A stretch of DNA of 64,000 bases, from contig OX597820.1 in assembly GCA_951406725.2 (NCBI GenBank), positions 102,052,001-102,116,000 on the forward strand, in the 5' to 3' direction. Source of the DNA: Octopus vulgaris (Eukaryota). Shown piece after piece: positions 11,071-24,332 of the stretch (position 1 is its first letter; each line of letters begins with the position of its first letter). Below the pieces are notes generated by a model. It was not told where the DNA came from and ran no database searches. It saw nothing but the letters and a program-made list of their open reading frames with translations. The translations under genes and the position numbers were made by a program.

Positions 11071-13594
11071 TCTGGGGGCTTCCATGGCGTACATGGAGGC
11101 TACGGCTATGGTTCCCGCAACGAGGAGGGAACCAGGCTGCTGGAGTTCTGCAATGCGAATGATCTTATGGTCTGCAACACTAACTTCAGGAAACCTACCA
11201 GCCACCTAGTCACATACCGATCGGGCTGACATACTAGCCAAATCGATTACATCCTTGCCAGAAAAAGGGAAAGATGGCTGCTTATAAACGCCAAAACCTT
11301 CCCAGGCGAAGAATGTACCTCACAACATAGACTGGTAGTTAGTGACTTTAGGATCAGGGCTAAGAGGATGACCAGAAGATGACCAACATGGAGAAGAAGG
11401 GTCTGCAAGCTTAAAGATCCTGCAAATGGACAGAGATTTAGAGACATATTACTTGAAGCCTTTGACGAAATAGAAGGGGATATAGCTTCACATGAGGTAG
11501 AAGACAACTGGAGGTTTCTGGGACAACCTGCTGAGAGCCACTGACCAGATCTGTGGTTGGTGCAAAGTCCCCTCTAGACCCAATGTTGTTGACGGGGCTA
11601 TTAGACAAAAGAAACAGGCTTGGAAGGACTGGAAGAACGGTGGTAGCAGGGAAGTGTATCAGACTGCCAGAAAAGAAGCTAGGAGGCAGGTGTATTTAGC
11701 CACAGGGGAAGCAGATAAGAAAAAATTTGCCAATGTTCTGCGCCATGAGGACGAAAGACTTGAGGTATTTCGTGTTGCAAGACTGTGTGTGAGAGAGAAT
11801 CGTGATGTGGTAGGAGAGAAATGTGTTCGCATGGATGATGGTTCATTTGCACTAAATGAGGATGCAAAGAGAGAGGTTTGGAGACGCCACTATGAAAGGT
11901 TGCTGAATAAAGAAAATGAATGGGATAAAGAGAGTCTGTCGAATGTCGACCCAACAGAGGGACCAGCAATCCGAGTTGACAGTTCCTTGGTAGTTAAGGC
12001 AATTAGAAGCATGAAGACAGGGAAAGCCCCAGGCCCATCAGGAATTACTGCAGAGATGCTCAAAATATCTGGTAGTGTCAGCTATAGCCTAGTCACCCGT
12101 ATAGTTAACCAGGTGATACACGAAGGAGTCATTCCCAATGACTGGTGTAGCAGCATAATAGTCAACTGCTACAAAGGTAAAGGTGACGCCTTAGATACAA
12201 ATAACTACAGGGGTATCAAGCTGTTGGATCAGGTAATGAAGGTTACGGAGCGGGTCATAGCCGAACTAATTTGAGAGAGAGTTAGTTTAGATGAGATGCA
12301 GTTTGGGTTCGTGCCAGGGAAAAGTACCACTGATGCTATATTCCTGGTAAGGCAGCTGCAGGAGAAATACCTAGCCAAAGATAAGCCCCTGTACCTGGCT
12401 TTTGTTGACATGGAGAAAGCCTTTGATAGGGTCCCCCGATCCCTTATCTGGAGGTCAATGAGGAAACTAGGGATAGATGAATGGTTAGTGAGAGCTGTAC
12501 GAGCCATGTACAGGGACGCTGTGAGTAAGATGAGGGTTGGTGACGAGTACAGTGAAGAATTCAGGGTAGAGGTAGGGGTCCACCAAGGTTCAGTCCTCGG
12601 TCCCCTCCTATTTATCATAGTCTTCCAGGCAATAATGGAGGAATTCAAGACAGGATGCCCCTGGGAGCTCCTCTATGCTGATGACCTTGCTCTAATTGCT
12701 GAGTCACTATCAGAACTGGAGGAGAAGTTTCAGGTGTGGAAGCAAGGATTAGAATCGAAGGGCCTTAGAGTCAACCTAGCTAAAACCAAAGTCCTAATAA
12801 GTAGGAAGGCTGACAAATCACAAACGCCTTCAGGTAGATGGCCCTGCTCGATCTGTAGAAAAGGTGTAGGTAGAAACTCTATAAGATGCACCAAGTGTAA
12901 GCTATAGACACATAAGAGGTGCAGCAATGTCAAAGGAAGGCTAACTAGGAAAATAGTCTTTGTATGTGGCAGATGCTCAGGAGCAATAAACACTGAAAAT
13001 GCGCAGAGATCAACCTCCGCCACATTCCAGGGAGAAAAACTAGAAATAGGTGACCAAGTCAGTAGCGGGGGGCAGGTGTGCTGAAAGTGTAACTGCTAGA
13101 GTAAGAATAGCCTGGGCAAAGTTCAGAGAGCTCTTACCTCTGCTGGTGATAAAAGGCCTCTCACTCAGAGTAAAAGGCAGACTGTATGACGCATGTATAT
13201 GAACGGCCATGCTACATGGCAGTGAAACATGGGCCATGACTGCTGAGGATATGCGTAAGCTCGCAAGAAATGAAGCCAGTATGCTCCGATGGATGTGTAA
13301 TGTCAGTGTTCATACTTGACAGAGTGTAAGTACCTTGAGAGAGAAGTTGGACCTCAGAAGCATCAGTTGTGGTGTGCAAGAGAGATGTTTGCGCTGGTAT
13401 CGTCATGTGGCAAGAATGGATGAAGATAGTTGTATGAAAAAGTGCCACACCCTAGCGGTTGAGGGAACCTGTGGAAAACCTGGGACGAGGTAGTGAAGCA
13501 CGACCTTCAAACTTTAGGTCTCACCGAGGAAATGACTAGAGACCGAGTCCTATGGAAGTATGCTGTGTGTGAGAAGACCTGTCAGGACAAGTGA
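11071..13594 (+). pseudogene. RTE ORF (APE endonuclease C-terminal half plus reverse transcriptase), disrupted
   Basis: Motifs GYGSRNEEG..SQIDYIL..QHRLVV (APE); KAPGPSG, NYRGIKLL, QFGFVPGKST, FVDMEKAFDRV, GVHQGSVLGP, LLYADD (RT); in-frame stops ending at 11229, 12274 and 12907, plus frameshifts. Confidence 0.93.
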
Positions 13595-14057
13595 GACCAT
13601 AACCTGTGGCCTCTACATGGGATGTAGCCGGTCCACTTATGCATACCTTTCCTTCTTGGGACACAAAACTCTACTTGGGAAGACCTGTTGAGCCAAGTGA
13701 GAATCAGAATCAAAATCGAAATTGATCAATATCAATGGAAATTGTAGCTGTGATACCAGTGCCGGTGGCACGTAAGAGAACCATCCGAACATGGCCGTTG
13801 CCAGCACCGCCCCGACTGGCCTCCATGCTGCTGGCATGTAAAAAGCACCATCCGATCGTGGCCGTTTGCCAGCCTCGTCTGGCACGTAAAAAGCACCCAC
13901 TACACTCATGGAGTGGCTGGTGTTAGGAAGGGCATCCAGCTGTAGAAACATTGCCAGATCAGACTGGGCCTGGTGCAGCCTTCTGGTTTCCCAACCCCAG
14001 TTGAACCGTCCAACCCATGCTAGCATGGAAAGCGGACGCTAAACGATGATGATGATG
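11071..14057 (+). mobile_element. 5'-truncated RTE-clade LINE with 3' UTR and (GAT)n tail
   Basis: APE and RT coding remnants, then a 3' UTR shared by many copies; ends (GAT)n; probable 8-bp TSD ATATACAT (11063-11070 / 14058-14065). Confidence 0.92.
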
Positions 14058-14444
14058 ATATACATGCCAGCTTAATTTAATTCATCCTTAGTTGAAAGAT
14101 ACCTGTTGTTATGTCCTGTTATTATTATTATCATTATTATTATTTTTATTATTATTGTATTTGTGTAAAATTGTTCGTTTTTTCCATCCTTGTTTTCTTC
14201 CAAGGAATCTTATGCTCTTAGCTAAGTTTTTCCTTGGGGCTGGCCAAATTGGAGCAATCTCAAGTATAATCAGCCAAAATTGCGAAGATAATTTGGTACT
14301 TGACTGAGGAAAGAAAACTTTGAATGACCCATCCTTGTTTTCTTTGTATCATCTATTTGGATGTTTTGTTGTCCCATTTTTGCATCACCTAACTGTCTGG
14401 ATGTTTTGCGTTCTTTTCCCATTTTGTATTTTTTATATATATAG

Positions 14445-14541
14445 GCATAGGAGTGGCTGTGTGGTAAGTAGATTTTTTACCAACCACATCGTTCTGGGTT
14501 CAGTCCCACTGAAGCCCATCGTATATATGTATGTATATATA

Positions 14542-14590
<49 letters not shown>

Positions 14591-14805
14591 ATATATTTGT
14601 GTGTTTGTGTTTGTCCCCCTCCCCCACAACATCGCTTGACAACCGATGCTGGTGTGTTTACATCCTTGTAACTTAGCAGTTCGGCTAAAAGAGACCAATA
14701 GAATAAGTACTAGGCTTACAAAGAATAAGTCCTGAGGCCGATTTGCTCAACTAAAGGCGGTGCTCCAGCATGGCCGCAGTCAAATGACTGAAACAAGTAA
14801 AAGAG
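14445..14805 (+). mobile_element. SINE family A (internally deleted)
   Basis: Family A head and tail with long (TA)n. Confidence 0.85.
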
Positions 14806-14960
14806 TATACAATGTATTTGTTGCTCTTCACTCTTTTTATTTAGCACAATGATTTTCAACTATATTTCGCTTCTGGATCCCTTTGATTCCTATTTTATTT
14901 AACTGGACTCTTGTGCCCATTCAATGTTTTGAAAAATCCTATTATATTTTTATAATTAAA

Positions 14961-15341
14961 CTAGCAGTATCGCCCGGCGTTGCTCGGGTTTGTAAGGGAA
15001 ATAACTATATAAGCATTTTTAGAGAGTTATAGCCAAAAAATAGCAAAAAATGCATTAAAAATGGAAAAAAAATGATGGTAAATTTTTTTTAAATCGTTGA
15101 CTCATCGTAGACATTTTTAGAGAGTTACTTCCCTTATATAATAGCGAAAAAAATGCATTAAAATGGAAAAAATGATGGTAAATTTTTTTTAAATCGTAGA
15201 CTCATCGTAGACGTGCGCTAATACCCAGAAGGGCTCGATATGAATCACGACTATAAGATAAACTGCACCGCAAAATGTGGGAGTAGTTAGGAATCTAAAT
15301 CGTAGGAGACAGATACACAACCTCTCTTTTATATATAAAGA
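14961..15341 (-). mobile_element. Non-autonomous Helitron
   Basis: Minus strand starts TC, ends with hairpin CCCGAGCAACGCCGGG then CTAG, inserted at A|T without TSD; same ends as 47294-47688. Confidence 0.85.
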
Positions 15342-15450
15342 TATCATTAGGAATTGTATAAGATAAATTGTTAAAATATTTTGTGTATTGTCACCAATTT
15401 ATTGTGCATAAACTTTAACAAAAAAATCTTATATGGACTCCCAATGGTCA

Positions 15451-15814
15451 TAATAATGAAATTATTGCATACAGTGCTCAGGTGCACCACAACTTGTCAA
15501 AAGTGTGTATAAAGTATATGCAGTAATGTACAAATGTCTGGAAAGTGGACAGTGTATAAGTCAGATACATGCTTGCGTGTGTATGGAGGGGGGAAAATCA
15601 GGTGTAGTGTTGGCGAATCTCAGGAAGCATGGAAGTTTTGAAGGATGCAGTGCTCCGACAACTAACAACTGATGCTGGCAGTCTGTTCCATGCTTCAGCA
15701 ATTCTTAGCATGAAAAAATATTTCCAAAAGTCATGGGAGATGTGCTGTTTTCTGACTTTGTAATCATGTCCACGGGTGTTAGACAGGTGGAGTTTGAAAA
15801 GGTGCTCAGAGTTA
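15451..15814 (-). mobile_element. CR1-group LINE 3' end
   Basis: NSEHLFKLHLSNTRGHDYKVRK..FFMLRIAEAWNRLP..FK C-terminal motif, 3' UTR and ATT tail; homologous to 25395-25870. Confidence 0.85.
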
Positions 15815-15865
15815 TGTGGATCCCAGTCGAGGACCACCAATTTAGCATGTTCCATACTGCTGAAA

Positions 15866-16130
15866 TGAAGGTGCATGGCCTGGTGGTTAGGGTGTTGTTC
15901 TCACAATTGCGAGATTGTGGTTTCAGTTCCTGAACCAGGTAGTGAATTGTGTTTTTGAGCAAAAGACTTGATATCACATTGCTCTGTAATCACTTTGAGA
16001 TCTGACATGTTATATACACTGTGAACTTGTTCAGGCAATGCTAATTTGATGGAAGGAGTGAGCTAATGTACAACACAGTACAGACATTTGATCACAATAA
16101 ACAAATCATTTATGCAGGTTTTCATCAAGA
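15866..16130 (+). mobile_element. tRNA-derived SINE, family C-like (old copy)
   Basis: TGGCCTGGTGGTTAGG head and GTGTTTTTGAGCAAAA core; similar copies at about 30340 and 52625. Confidence 0.65.
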
Positions 16131-16943
16131 AATTGTATAACTGTCTTTCTCAGACCTTGAGAGACTACCATCATATATATATATATTATACTGCTGAAGA
16201 ATTACCTTCTAACATTAACTCTTAAGAGAAACTTACTACTGGTTCCACAGAGCAGCACTGCAGAGAAAACTGTACATAGAGATACAGAAATTAATTAATT
16301 ATAGTGAAGAACCTTTGAAAACGATCCCCCCTTCAGCCACAAGGTGGTTAGTGTGATATAACTGTATAAAGAATTCTTAATCAGTAGGATTCATTAAAAT
16401 TACATTTTCAAATGGCATCTTCTAGTTGAAGCCAGTATTATTGAAAGTAATTACATGCTATGTACTCAGACGAAACTAATGAACTTTATTTAACATTTAT
16501 GAGGCCTGTGTTAAGTGAATATGAAAACATTAATTTGCTATTCCAGAAAGAAAGAGCACATTACTATAGTATCTGAGATGAATTATAATGCAATTTTGCA
16601 TTGGTTATGCTTACAACGATTTTACATCTTCAATGTCAATCTTGAATCAAAGTTAGACACAGAGTGACAGTACTTCCCATGTGAAAAAAAAATTTGCTAT
16701 GGGTATAAGTTCTCTAATAATTTTGATAGAAAGATTTCAGAGGCACAGGCATGGCTGTGTGGTTTAGAAGCTTTCTTTTAAGTCACAGGGTTTTGGGTTC
16801 AGTTCCACTGTGCAGCATCTTGAGCAAGTGTCTTCTACATATATACTCTGGGCCTTTTCAGTAAATTTGGTAGATGAAAACTGTGTGGAAGCCCAGCACA
16901 TATATTTTTACACACACACACACACACACATACGTACGTGTGT

Positions 16944-17244
16944 GGAGGTGCAATGGCCTAGTGGTTAGGGCAGCAGACTCACGGTCGTAGGATCGGGGTT
17001 TCGATTCCCAGACCCGGCATTGTGAGTGTTTATTGAGCGAAAACACCTAAAAGCTCCACGATGCTCTGGCAAGGGTGGTGGCGATCCCTACTGTACTCCT
17101 TTGCCACAACTTTCTGTCACTCTTTCTTCTGTTGGCCTGGTCGCTTAGCCAGCGGGGTGGTGTCATTTGAAGGCTAAAACAATGTGAAGCGCATTGTGAC
17201 CAGCGATGTGTAGCAACATCTGATATCCTGGTCGGTCACGGTGA
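16944..17244 (+). mobile_element. tRNA-derived SINE
   Basis: A box TGGCCTAGTGG, B box GTTTCGATTCC, CpG-retaining body. Confidence 0.75.
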
Positions 17245-17285
17245 TATATATATATATATATATACATATGTACATGTGTGTGTGA

Positions 17286-17323
<38 letters not shown>

Positions 17324-17359
17324 ATCAGGAATACACGAACATGGACAGCCTGTCACAAG

Positions 17360-17870
17360 GTAAGGTCTGCCCAAGCAAATCAAAGTCAAGTTGTTCGCTG
17401 CAACTGTTGAATCAGTGTTATTATATGGTAGTGAAACATGATCACTGACCAAAAATTTATGAAACAGGCTAGATGGCTGTTACACAAGAATACTACAAAT
17501 GACCCCAAATATGAAATGGCAGCAACATATGATAAATGGATGCCTTTATGGAGACTTGCTGAAAGTTAGTGAGAAGACCAGGCAAAGACAGTTGCAATTA
17601 ATTTGGGTGCTTTCAATTCATAGCGGCACATGCAGTGACCATCTGGTCACTGCATGTGCCGCTCTGAATTGGAAGCACCCAAATTAGTCTTGTGGAACCC
17701 ACTTCATGGTGATGTATGAAGAATTAAATGTTGTTACACTTACATCAACAGCTTGGTCACAGACATTGGCCTGGAATGTATCCAGGACCTTGAAGCAGTG
17801 ATGTTGAACCGAGAAATGTGGCAGGTGAACTTTGTTGCTGCAGCCTGGGTTGGAACCCAGCCATAATAAT
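17360..17870 (+). pseudogene. Decayed RTE-like LINE C-terminal fragment (distinct family)
   Basis: LPKQIKVKLFAATVESVLLYGSET*..RLDGCYTRIL..WQQHMIN..LYG motifs; ends (ATA)n. Confidence 0.7.
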
Positions 17871-18129
17871 ATAATTACTATGTTTATATAGCCTTATGCC
17901 TGTTTTAGAAATCATTATTATTATTCTTATGCTCTCTCTTATTTTTTTTGCATGTTTGTTTATTCTTTGAAATATTAATCATTATTTTATTCAGTTACTA
18001 TTTTTACATTCTTACCATTTTTTATCCAATATAAACAATGTCGTTCCTTACTTTACGACCCCTGTTGTATAGATAGACTATAGAAGCTACTTTTATGACT
18101 ATTTTTTATTCCCTTTATTTCTATCTTGC

Positions 18130-18470
18130 AGAGATTGGAGGAAGAGGCAGTGCCCTTGATCTGTGAAAGCCCTCTAAGACAGGTGAAGCTAATTCCTTTA
18201 ATATATCATTTAAACTGTTGCAGGAAATGATGACTAAGGAGGAGATTCTAGAGGGCTGATGTTCTGAGGAAGAAAAGACCCAGCATAATGGTCAGTTCAT
18301 GGCTGAGGAATTTGGATGCAAAATGAGTGATGGGAGGTGAAGATACAAGTAGGTTAAGGTACCTGAGTAGTGGAGGTATGAGACCAGCCAGCTATGAGGA
18401 ACAGATGCCATTACAATAATGAGAGCAAAAGCAGAAAGAAGTGATATCTATGGGTCAGAGGATATCATGT
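18130..18470 (-). pseudogene. Decayed CR1/L2-like LINE C-terminal fragment
   Basis: Minus translation HYCNGICSS*LAGLIPP..FFLRTSAL resembles CR1-group C-termini. Confidence 0.5.
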
Positions 18471-18809
18471 GTTCATAAGTGATTCATTAGAAATGTTAGA
18501 AGTAAGAGCAATAGTGTGATATTCGACTGGGTTGGGAAAGTTATTTTTCTTTTAAATAGGACTCACTGAAGTGTGCTTCCAAAAGTCAGGATAGAAAGGT
18601 CCATAGAAAATAAGAGACTGAAAGAAATTGATGAATATAGGATTAAGTTCTGGGGCACATTACTCTATCTCTATTAAAACAAACTGCTTTTGTTTCAACC
18701 AATTTTGAACATAGTAAAGAATTTAATAAAATAACTTTATCATTATTACTCTGGTGTTTGGAATATAAATTAGCATGAACTTTTGATGAAAGGTTTTAAT
18801 TAAGATCAT

Positions 18810-19020
18810 CTTGGGCATGGCCATTGCCAGTACCACCAAACTGGCCCTCGTGCCAGTGGCACGTAAAAGCACCCACTACACTCTCGGAGTGGTTGGCGTT
18901 AGGAAGGGCATCCAGCTGTAGAAACTCTGCCAGATCAGATTGGAGTCTGGTTCGCCAGACCTCAGTCAAATCGCCCAACCCATGCTAGCATGGAAAACGG
19001 ACGTTAAATGATGATAATGA
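18810..19020 (+). mobile_element. RTE LINE 3' tail
   Basis: GGCGTTAGGAAGGGCATCCAGC..CATGCTAGCATGGAAA..(GAT)n. Confidence 0.8.
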
Positions 19021-19271
19021 TCATGATCAAACAAGGGATTTGTATCAGAGAACCATGGGCAGTTTCAGGCGGGTCAGATCACTCTGTCAAAGGTAATGCT
19101 TAGTTATACACATTATTTTGAATTAACCATGCATTATCTTACAGCTTCAAGATTTTAATGATATCACTGAGTATTTTTAGAATGACATAGTTGAATAGGA
19201 GTGAAAGGTTAGATCTGGCCAGTTTGAATATAAAACAAGTAGGATATTTGGGCTGGATATGAGCAGTTTAA

Positions 19272-20130
19272 CCCTTTAGCATTCAAATTATTCTGTAAAA
19301 TGTGATGCTTATTCACATTCATCATCATCATCATCATTGTTTAACGTCCACTTTCCATGGTAGCATGGCTTAGACGAATGACTGAGGGCTGGCGAACCAG
19401 ATGGCTGCACCAGGCTTCAATCTTGATCTGGCAGAGTTTCTACAGCTGGATGCCCTTCCTAACGCCAACCACTCCGAGAGTGTAGTGCGTGCTTTTGCGT
19501 GCTATTGTTGCCAGTCAGGCGGTACTGGCAACAACCTCGCTCAAATCTTTTACACATGCCACCGGCACAGGTGCCAGTAAAGCGATGCTGGTAACGATCA
19601 TGCTCGAATGGTGTCTTTTACGTGCCACCGGCATAGAGGCCAAATAGCTGCTCTGGCAATGATTATGCTCGGATGGTGCTCTTAATACCTTACTAGCATG
19701 GGGCTTGAGTGCCAGTAAGGCGATACTGGTAGCAATCATGCTCAAATGGTGACTTTTAAGTGCCACTGGCATGGAAGCCAGTTAGCCGCTCTGTCAATGA
19801 TCACACTCGTATGGTGCTCTTTGCACCCCGCTAGCATGGATGCCAGTCATGAATTTGATTTTGATTTCACTTGCCTCAACAGGTCTTCGCAAGCAGAGTT
19901 TTAGTGTCCAAAGAAGGAAAAGGTACGCATAAGTGGGCTGGTAACGCCCCTGGCATAGGCCACATTGTTTTTAATAATCATGCATTATCTTGTAGCTATG
20001 AGATTTTGATGATGTGGTTTATTTTTAAAATAACCTTGTTGGATAGATGTAAGAAGCCAGAACTGGCCAGTTTGAATATAAAACAGGTAGAATATTTGAG
20101 CTGGATAAGGTCAGTTTAAATGCTAAAGGT
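19272..20130. mobile_element. piggyBac-like MITE with an RTE 3' tail inserted (about 19320-19960, minus)
   Basis: TTAA|CCCTTTAGCATT ... AATGCTAAAGGT|TTAT ends; internal (CAT)n-led RTE 3' UTR. Confidence 0.7.
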
Positions 20131-20562
20131 TTATGTGTAGTGGAAGAAATATTGTCAAGGTCAGTGACCTTATTTGTTTAATGTAATCGAAGGGATTTCT
20201 GCACTTGGCATGTATGTATACAGAAAGGAGAACTTAGAAAAATGGGAAAGGGTAGATTTTGATTAGATTGGCCAAGTGTGTACCGTGTGGGGGTTAGATG
20301 TAAAAGCATGCAACGAAGATGAAGGGGGCTTTAGGTATTAATTTTTTTTTTGCTCTCTACATTTAAAAAATGTTGATCCTTATCCTTTACTCATACTAAT
20401 TATCTTAATTTCATAAATCTCCTTCCTGTTCAACATTTGTAAGAATTACAATGTATTCTCCTTTTCTAGAATCATCATCATCATCATCACTGCCACAACC
20501 ACTACCACTGTCACCACCACTGCTGCCACCAAGACCACCATCACTACTACTGCCACCACCAC

Positions 20563-20594
<32 letters not shown>

Positions 20595-21519
20595 CCATTC
20601 CTGCTTCATTCAAGCCTGTTGAGTGAACTTACAGTAAGCAGTCAAATTCATTAGATCATTTTGAAATCATTTGGTTCAGATTTCATTTAATCAAATTGGT
20701 ATCTTTAAATTAATCTAATTCCGATTTTGATTAAACTTAGCATATTCACAGAAGAAAAAAAAAAGAAACACATTAATCTGTAGACTTACCCTCATAATCT
20801 TCATTACCACTGCTTTTAATGAATTAATTTGGTACGGATTTCAATGAAATGAGTCTGCATTTTGATTAACTAACTATCTTCAAATTAATTAAATTCTGTT
20901 TCTAAACACCGCTGCAAAATCCTAAAGAAGACCTTAGATTTTTAACAGATGAAAATCTTAATTTTTAATACTTTTTATGCGAACTAACAAGAAATATTTA
21001 AAATATTAACATTAACATCTTGTGTGATTTTGTTATCTCCCTTAAACCACATCATAGCTCACCAGCATCAGAAGTTGAGTATTTTAATAAAAATTTGATT
21101 CCTTTATTTAAATTCTGTAAAGAAAACCTAAAAGCACTTTGAAAAAAACTTTGGAAATTTAGCTCTTGTGCATAATATACCATCTTCCTCTTCTTTGTTC
21201 TCATGCTCACTTTCTTTCTTTGTTTATTTTTATCTGTTTCTGTCTCTGTCTGTCTCAGTTTTGAAAGACTGGTCTATTCTTCTACTTTTTTTTTTTTTAA
21301 ATATGAATAATATAATGCTCAATTATTTCAAATATTTCTAATGAGGTAAAAAAAAATTAATGCAATATGATCGTAACCTATAAAATATTTTCATCAGTAA
21401 TAACAATGTTTTACATTTCAAATGAATTTGATACTTTCATTTGTTAAGTATAACAAATGTGTGTATGGGTGTGAGTATACGTATGCGCATATTTATGTAT
21501 ATATGTATATCTATAACCA

Positions 21520-22095
<576 letters not shown>

Positions 22096-22289
22096 CATCC
22101 ATTTTCTCCATCCACTGTTCCTGGGAAGCTCATCAGGGTAGAGTCTCAAGTACCTCCTCCATAGTGTCCAATCAGAAGGGTAGGACCCTTTTATAGGATC
22201 CTATCACAAAGAGCCATCTTTCCAGCTGCATTCCCAGGCATGATATTATTCAACCATTCTGTTTCCTACTGGCTGCCTTGGATTTGTGG

Positions 22290-22476
22290 AATCTAGGACA
22301 TTTACCATCCATGGACAATAACATCACTAACGACAATTACCCATCAGGACAACAGATGCTGATTTAAAGCTTTTTAATATATTGGAGGTGGGGTAATTAA
22401 CAAAACGGGGGTAACAGTCCTGGGAGTAGTTGTCGTCGGGGGGGTAATTGTCCTCAGGGGTGTAATTATCCTGATA
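22290..22476. mobile_element. MITE-like element with inverted GGACAATTACCC subterminal repeats
   Basis: Several GGACAATTACC-like units on the left and GGGTAATTGTCC-like units on the right. Confidence 0.5.
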
Positions 22477-22777
22477 TGGTCTTGTGACATTCCTACAGTA
22501 TGTCTGTAGTTGTGACATCTCACACAGATAATATACACATGTTATTTTGTCATTTTCCTTCTTAAAACTCCAGTCATACACTGGGATTCGCCTCTAAATA
22601 CACAAAGAATATGAGATCTCATATTGGGAAAACAAGTAGGGGATTCCATCAATGGAGAATATAATCAACTTTCCCCGCCTATCTAAGATTACTGTCCTTA
22701 TGCCAAAATTTGAAACCAGTATTACGCACAATACAAGTTAAATCAGGAAAACAGGAAATAAGTTCTAAAAATTTATA

Positions 22778-23117
22778 GGCACAGGAGTGGCTTTGCTTCC
22801 CAACCACATGGTTCTGTGTTCAGTCCCACTGCATGGTACTTTGGGCAAGTGTCTTCTACTACAGCCTTGGGCTGACCAAAGCCTTGTGAGTGGATTTGTG
22901 TGTGTGTATGTGTGTTTGTGTGTCTGTGTTTGTCTCCACAATATGTCTTGACAACAGATGTTGGTGTGTTTATGTCTCCGCAACTTAGCGGTTCAGTAAA
23001 AGAAACCAATAGAATAAGTACTAGGCTTACAAAGAATAATTCTTGGGGTCAATTTCTTCATCTAAAGGTGGTGCTCCAGTATGGTCACAGTCAAAATGAC
23101 TGAAACAAGTAAAAGAA
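22778..23117 (+). mobile_element. SINE family A
   Basis: Family A head and tail. Confidence 0.8.
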
Positions 23118-23524
23118 TTTAAAAAAAACCCCACCATGGGTTAAAATTAATGTAAATACATTTATATTTTTTATGCTCTTGATGTGCTGAAAATAGGAGG
23201 AAATTTTCTGATGGATTCGTGTAGGAAGCCATTAGAAAACTCCCATCTACTCTTTCTCCATAAATCAAGAGCATAGCTAATGATAACAAATGGTTACACT
23301 GTTATTTAATTTTCAATGTTGAAGTCTTGAGTAGCTCTCGTGAACTGGTTCATAAGTTATTGTACCAGTTCCCCCACAGTATGATGCCAGTTTTGTGTCA
23401 TCAGAAAACTGCATATCTCCAATAAGTACTTTCTGCACTTTGTTTATATTTTTTATGTCACTTTTGACAGATTGAGCAATTTCTCATCTGTCCTTATGTG
23501 AAAGTCTTGCTGCTAAAGCTTTTT

Positions 23525-23679
23525 TTTTATTTTCTCTCCCTGTTTATTTCTGTGTTCCTTTCTGTCGAAGAGCGTAGGCTCAAAACGTAAATGACTTCCT
23601 CACTTCCCGAGCGTTAAACTAATACATCTGTTTGTTGTTTACACACCCGTCTTCGTCTTTGGTTTTTTGTAAATTCTCA

Positions 23680-23683
<4 letters not shown>
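23525..23683 (+). repeat. ~155-bp interspersed repeat, possible Penelope pseudo-LTR fragment
   Basis: Inverted homologue at 24333-24490; contains GAAGAGCGTAGGCTCAAAACGT. Confidence 0.6.
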
Positions 23684-23774
<91 letters not shown>

Positions 23775-24071
23775 TTCTTTTATTCTTTTACTTGTTTTAG
23801 TCATATGATTGTGGCCATGCTGGAGCACTGCCTTGAAGGGTTCAAGTTGAACAAATCAAACCTAGGACTTATTTGTTTTTAAAGCCTAGTACCTATTCTA
23901 TCAGTCTCTTTTGCCAAACTGCTAAGTTATGGGGATGTAAACACACTAACACCAGTTGTCAAACAGTGATAGTGGGACGAACACAAACACAAAGTTGCAC
24001 ACACAGATATATATATGTATACATGCATGCATACATACATACATACATACATACATACATACATACATACA

Positions 24072-24104
<33 letters not shown>

Positions 24105-24262
24105 GATGGGCTTCTTTCAATTTCTGTCTGCCAAATCCATTCATAAGACTTTGGTTGACTCGAGGCTGTAGTAGAAGATACTTGCTCAAGGTGCCACACA
24201 GTGAGACTGAACCTGGGATCATCTGGTTGGGAAACAAGCTTCTTACCACATAGCCATGCACA
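23775..24262 (-). mobile_element. SINE family A with (TACA)n expansion
   Basis: Family A consensus on minus strand. Confidence 0.8.
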
Positions 24263-24332
24263 CACATTATATAAATATGTACATGTGTGAGTATGCATGT
24301 ATATGTGTACATATATATGTATGCATATATAT

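Larger units (their letters stand above)
14847..15839. mobile_element. hAT-type MITE carrying nested insertions
   Basis: Degenerate CAGTGGTTCTCAA-type TIRs (CAATGATTTTCAAC / GTCGAGGACCACCA) flanked by a perfect 8-bp TSD ATTTAGCA; body resembles 33658-34082. Confidence 0.75.

Noticed and set aside
19520-19850. CRISPR-like repeat-spacer pattern
   Set aside because: Units are whole tandem repeats within an RTE 3' UTR in eukaryotic DNA; no unique spacers or cas genes
20790-20854. Minus-strand coding exon
   Set aside because: Good donor but weak acceptor and stops in all three frames
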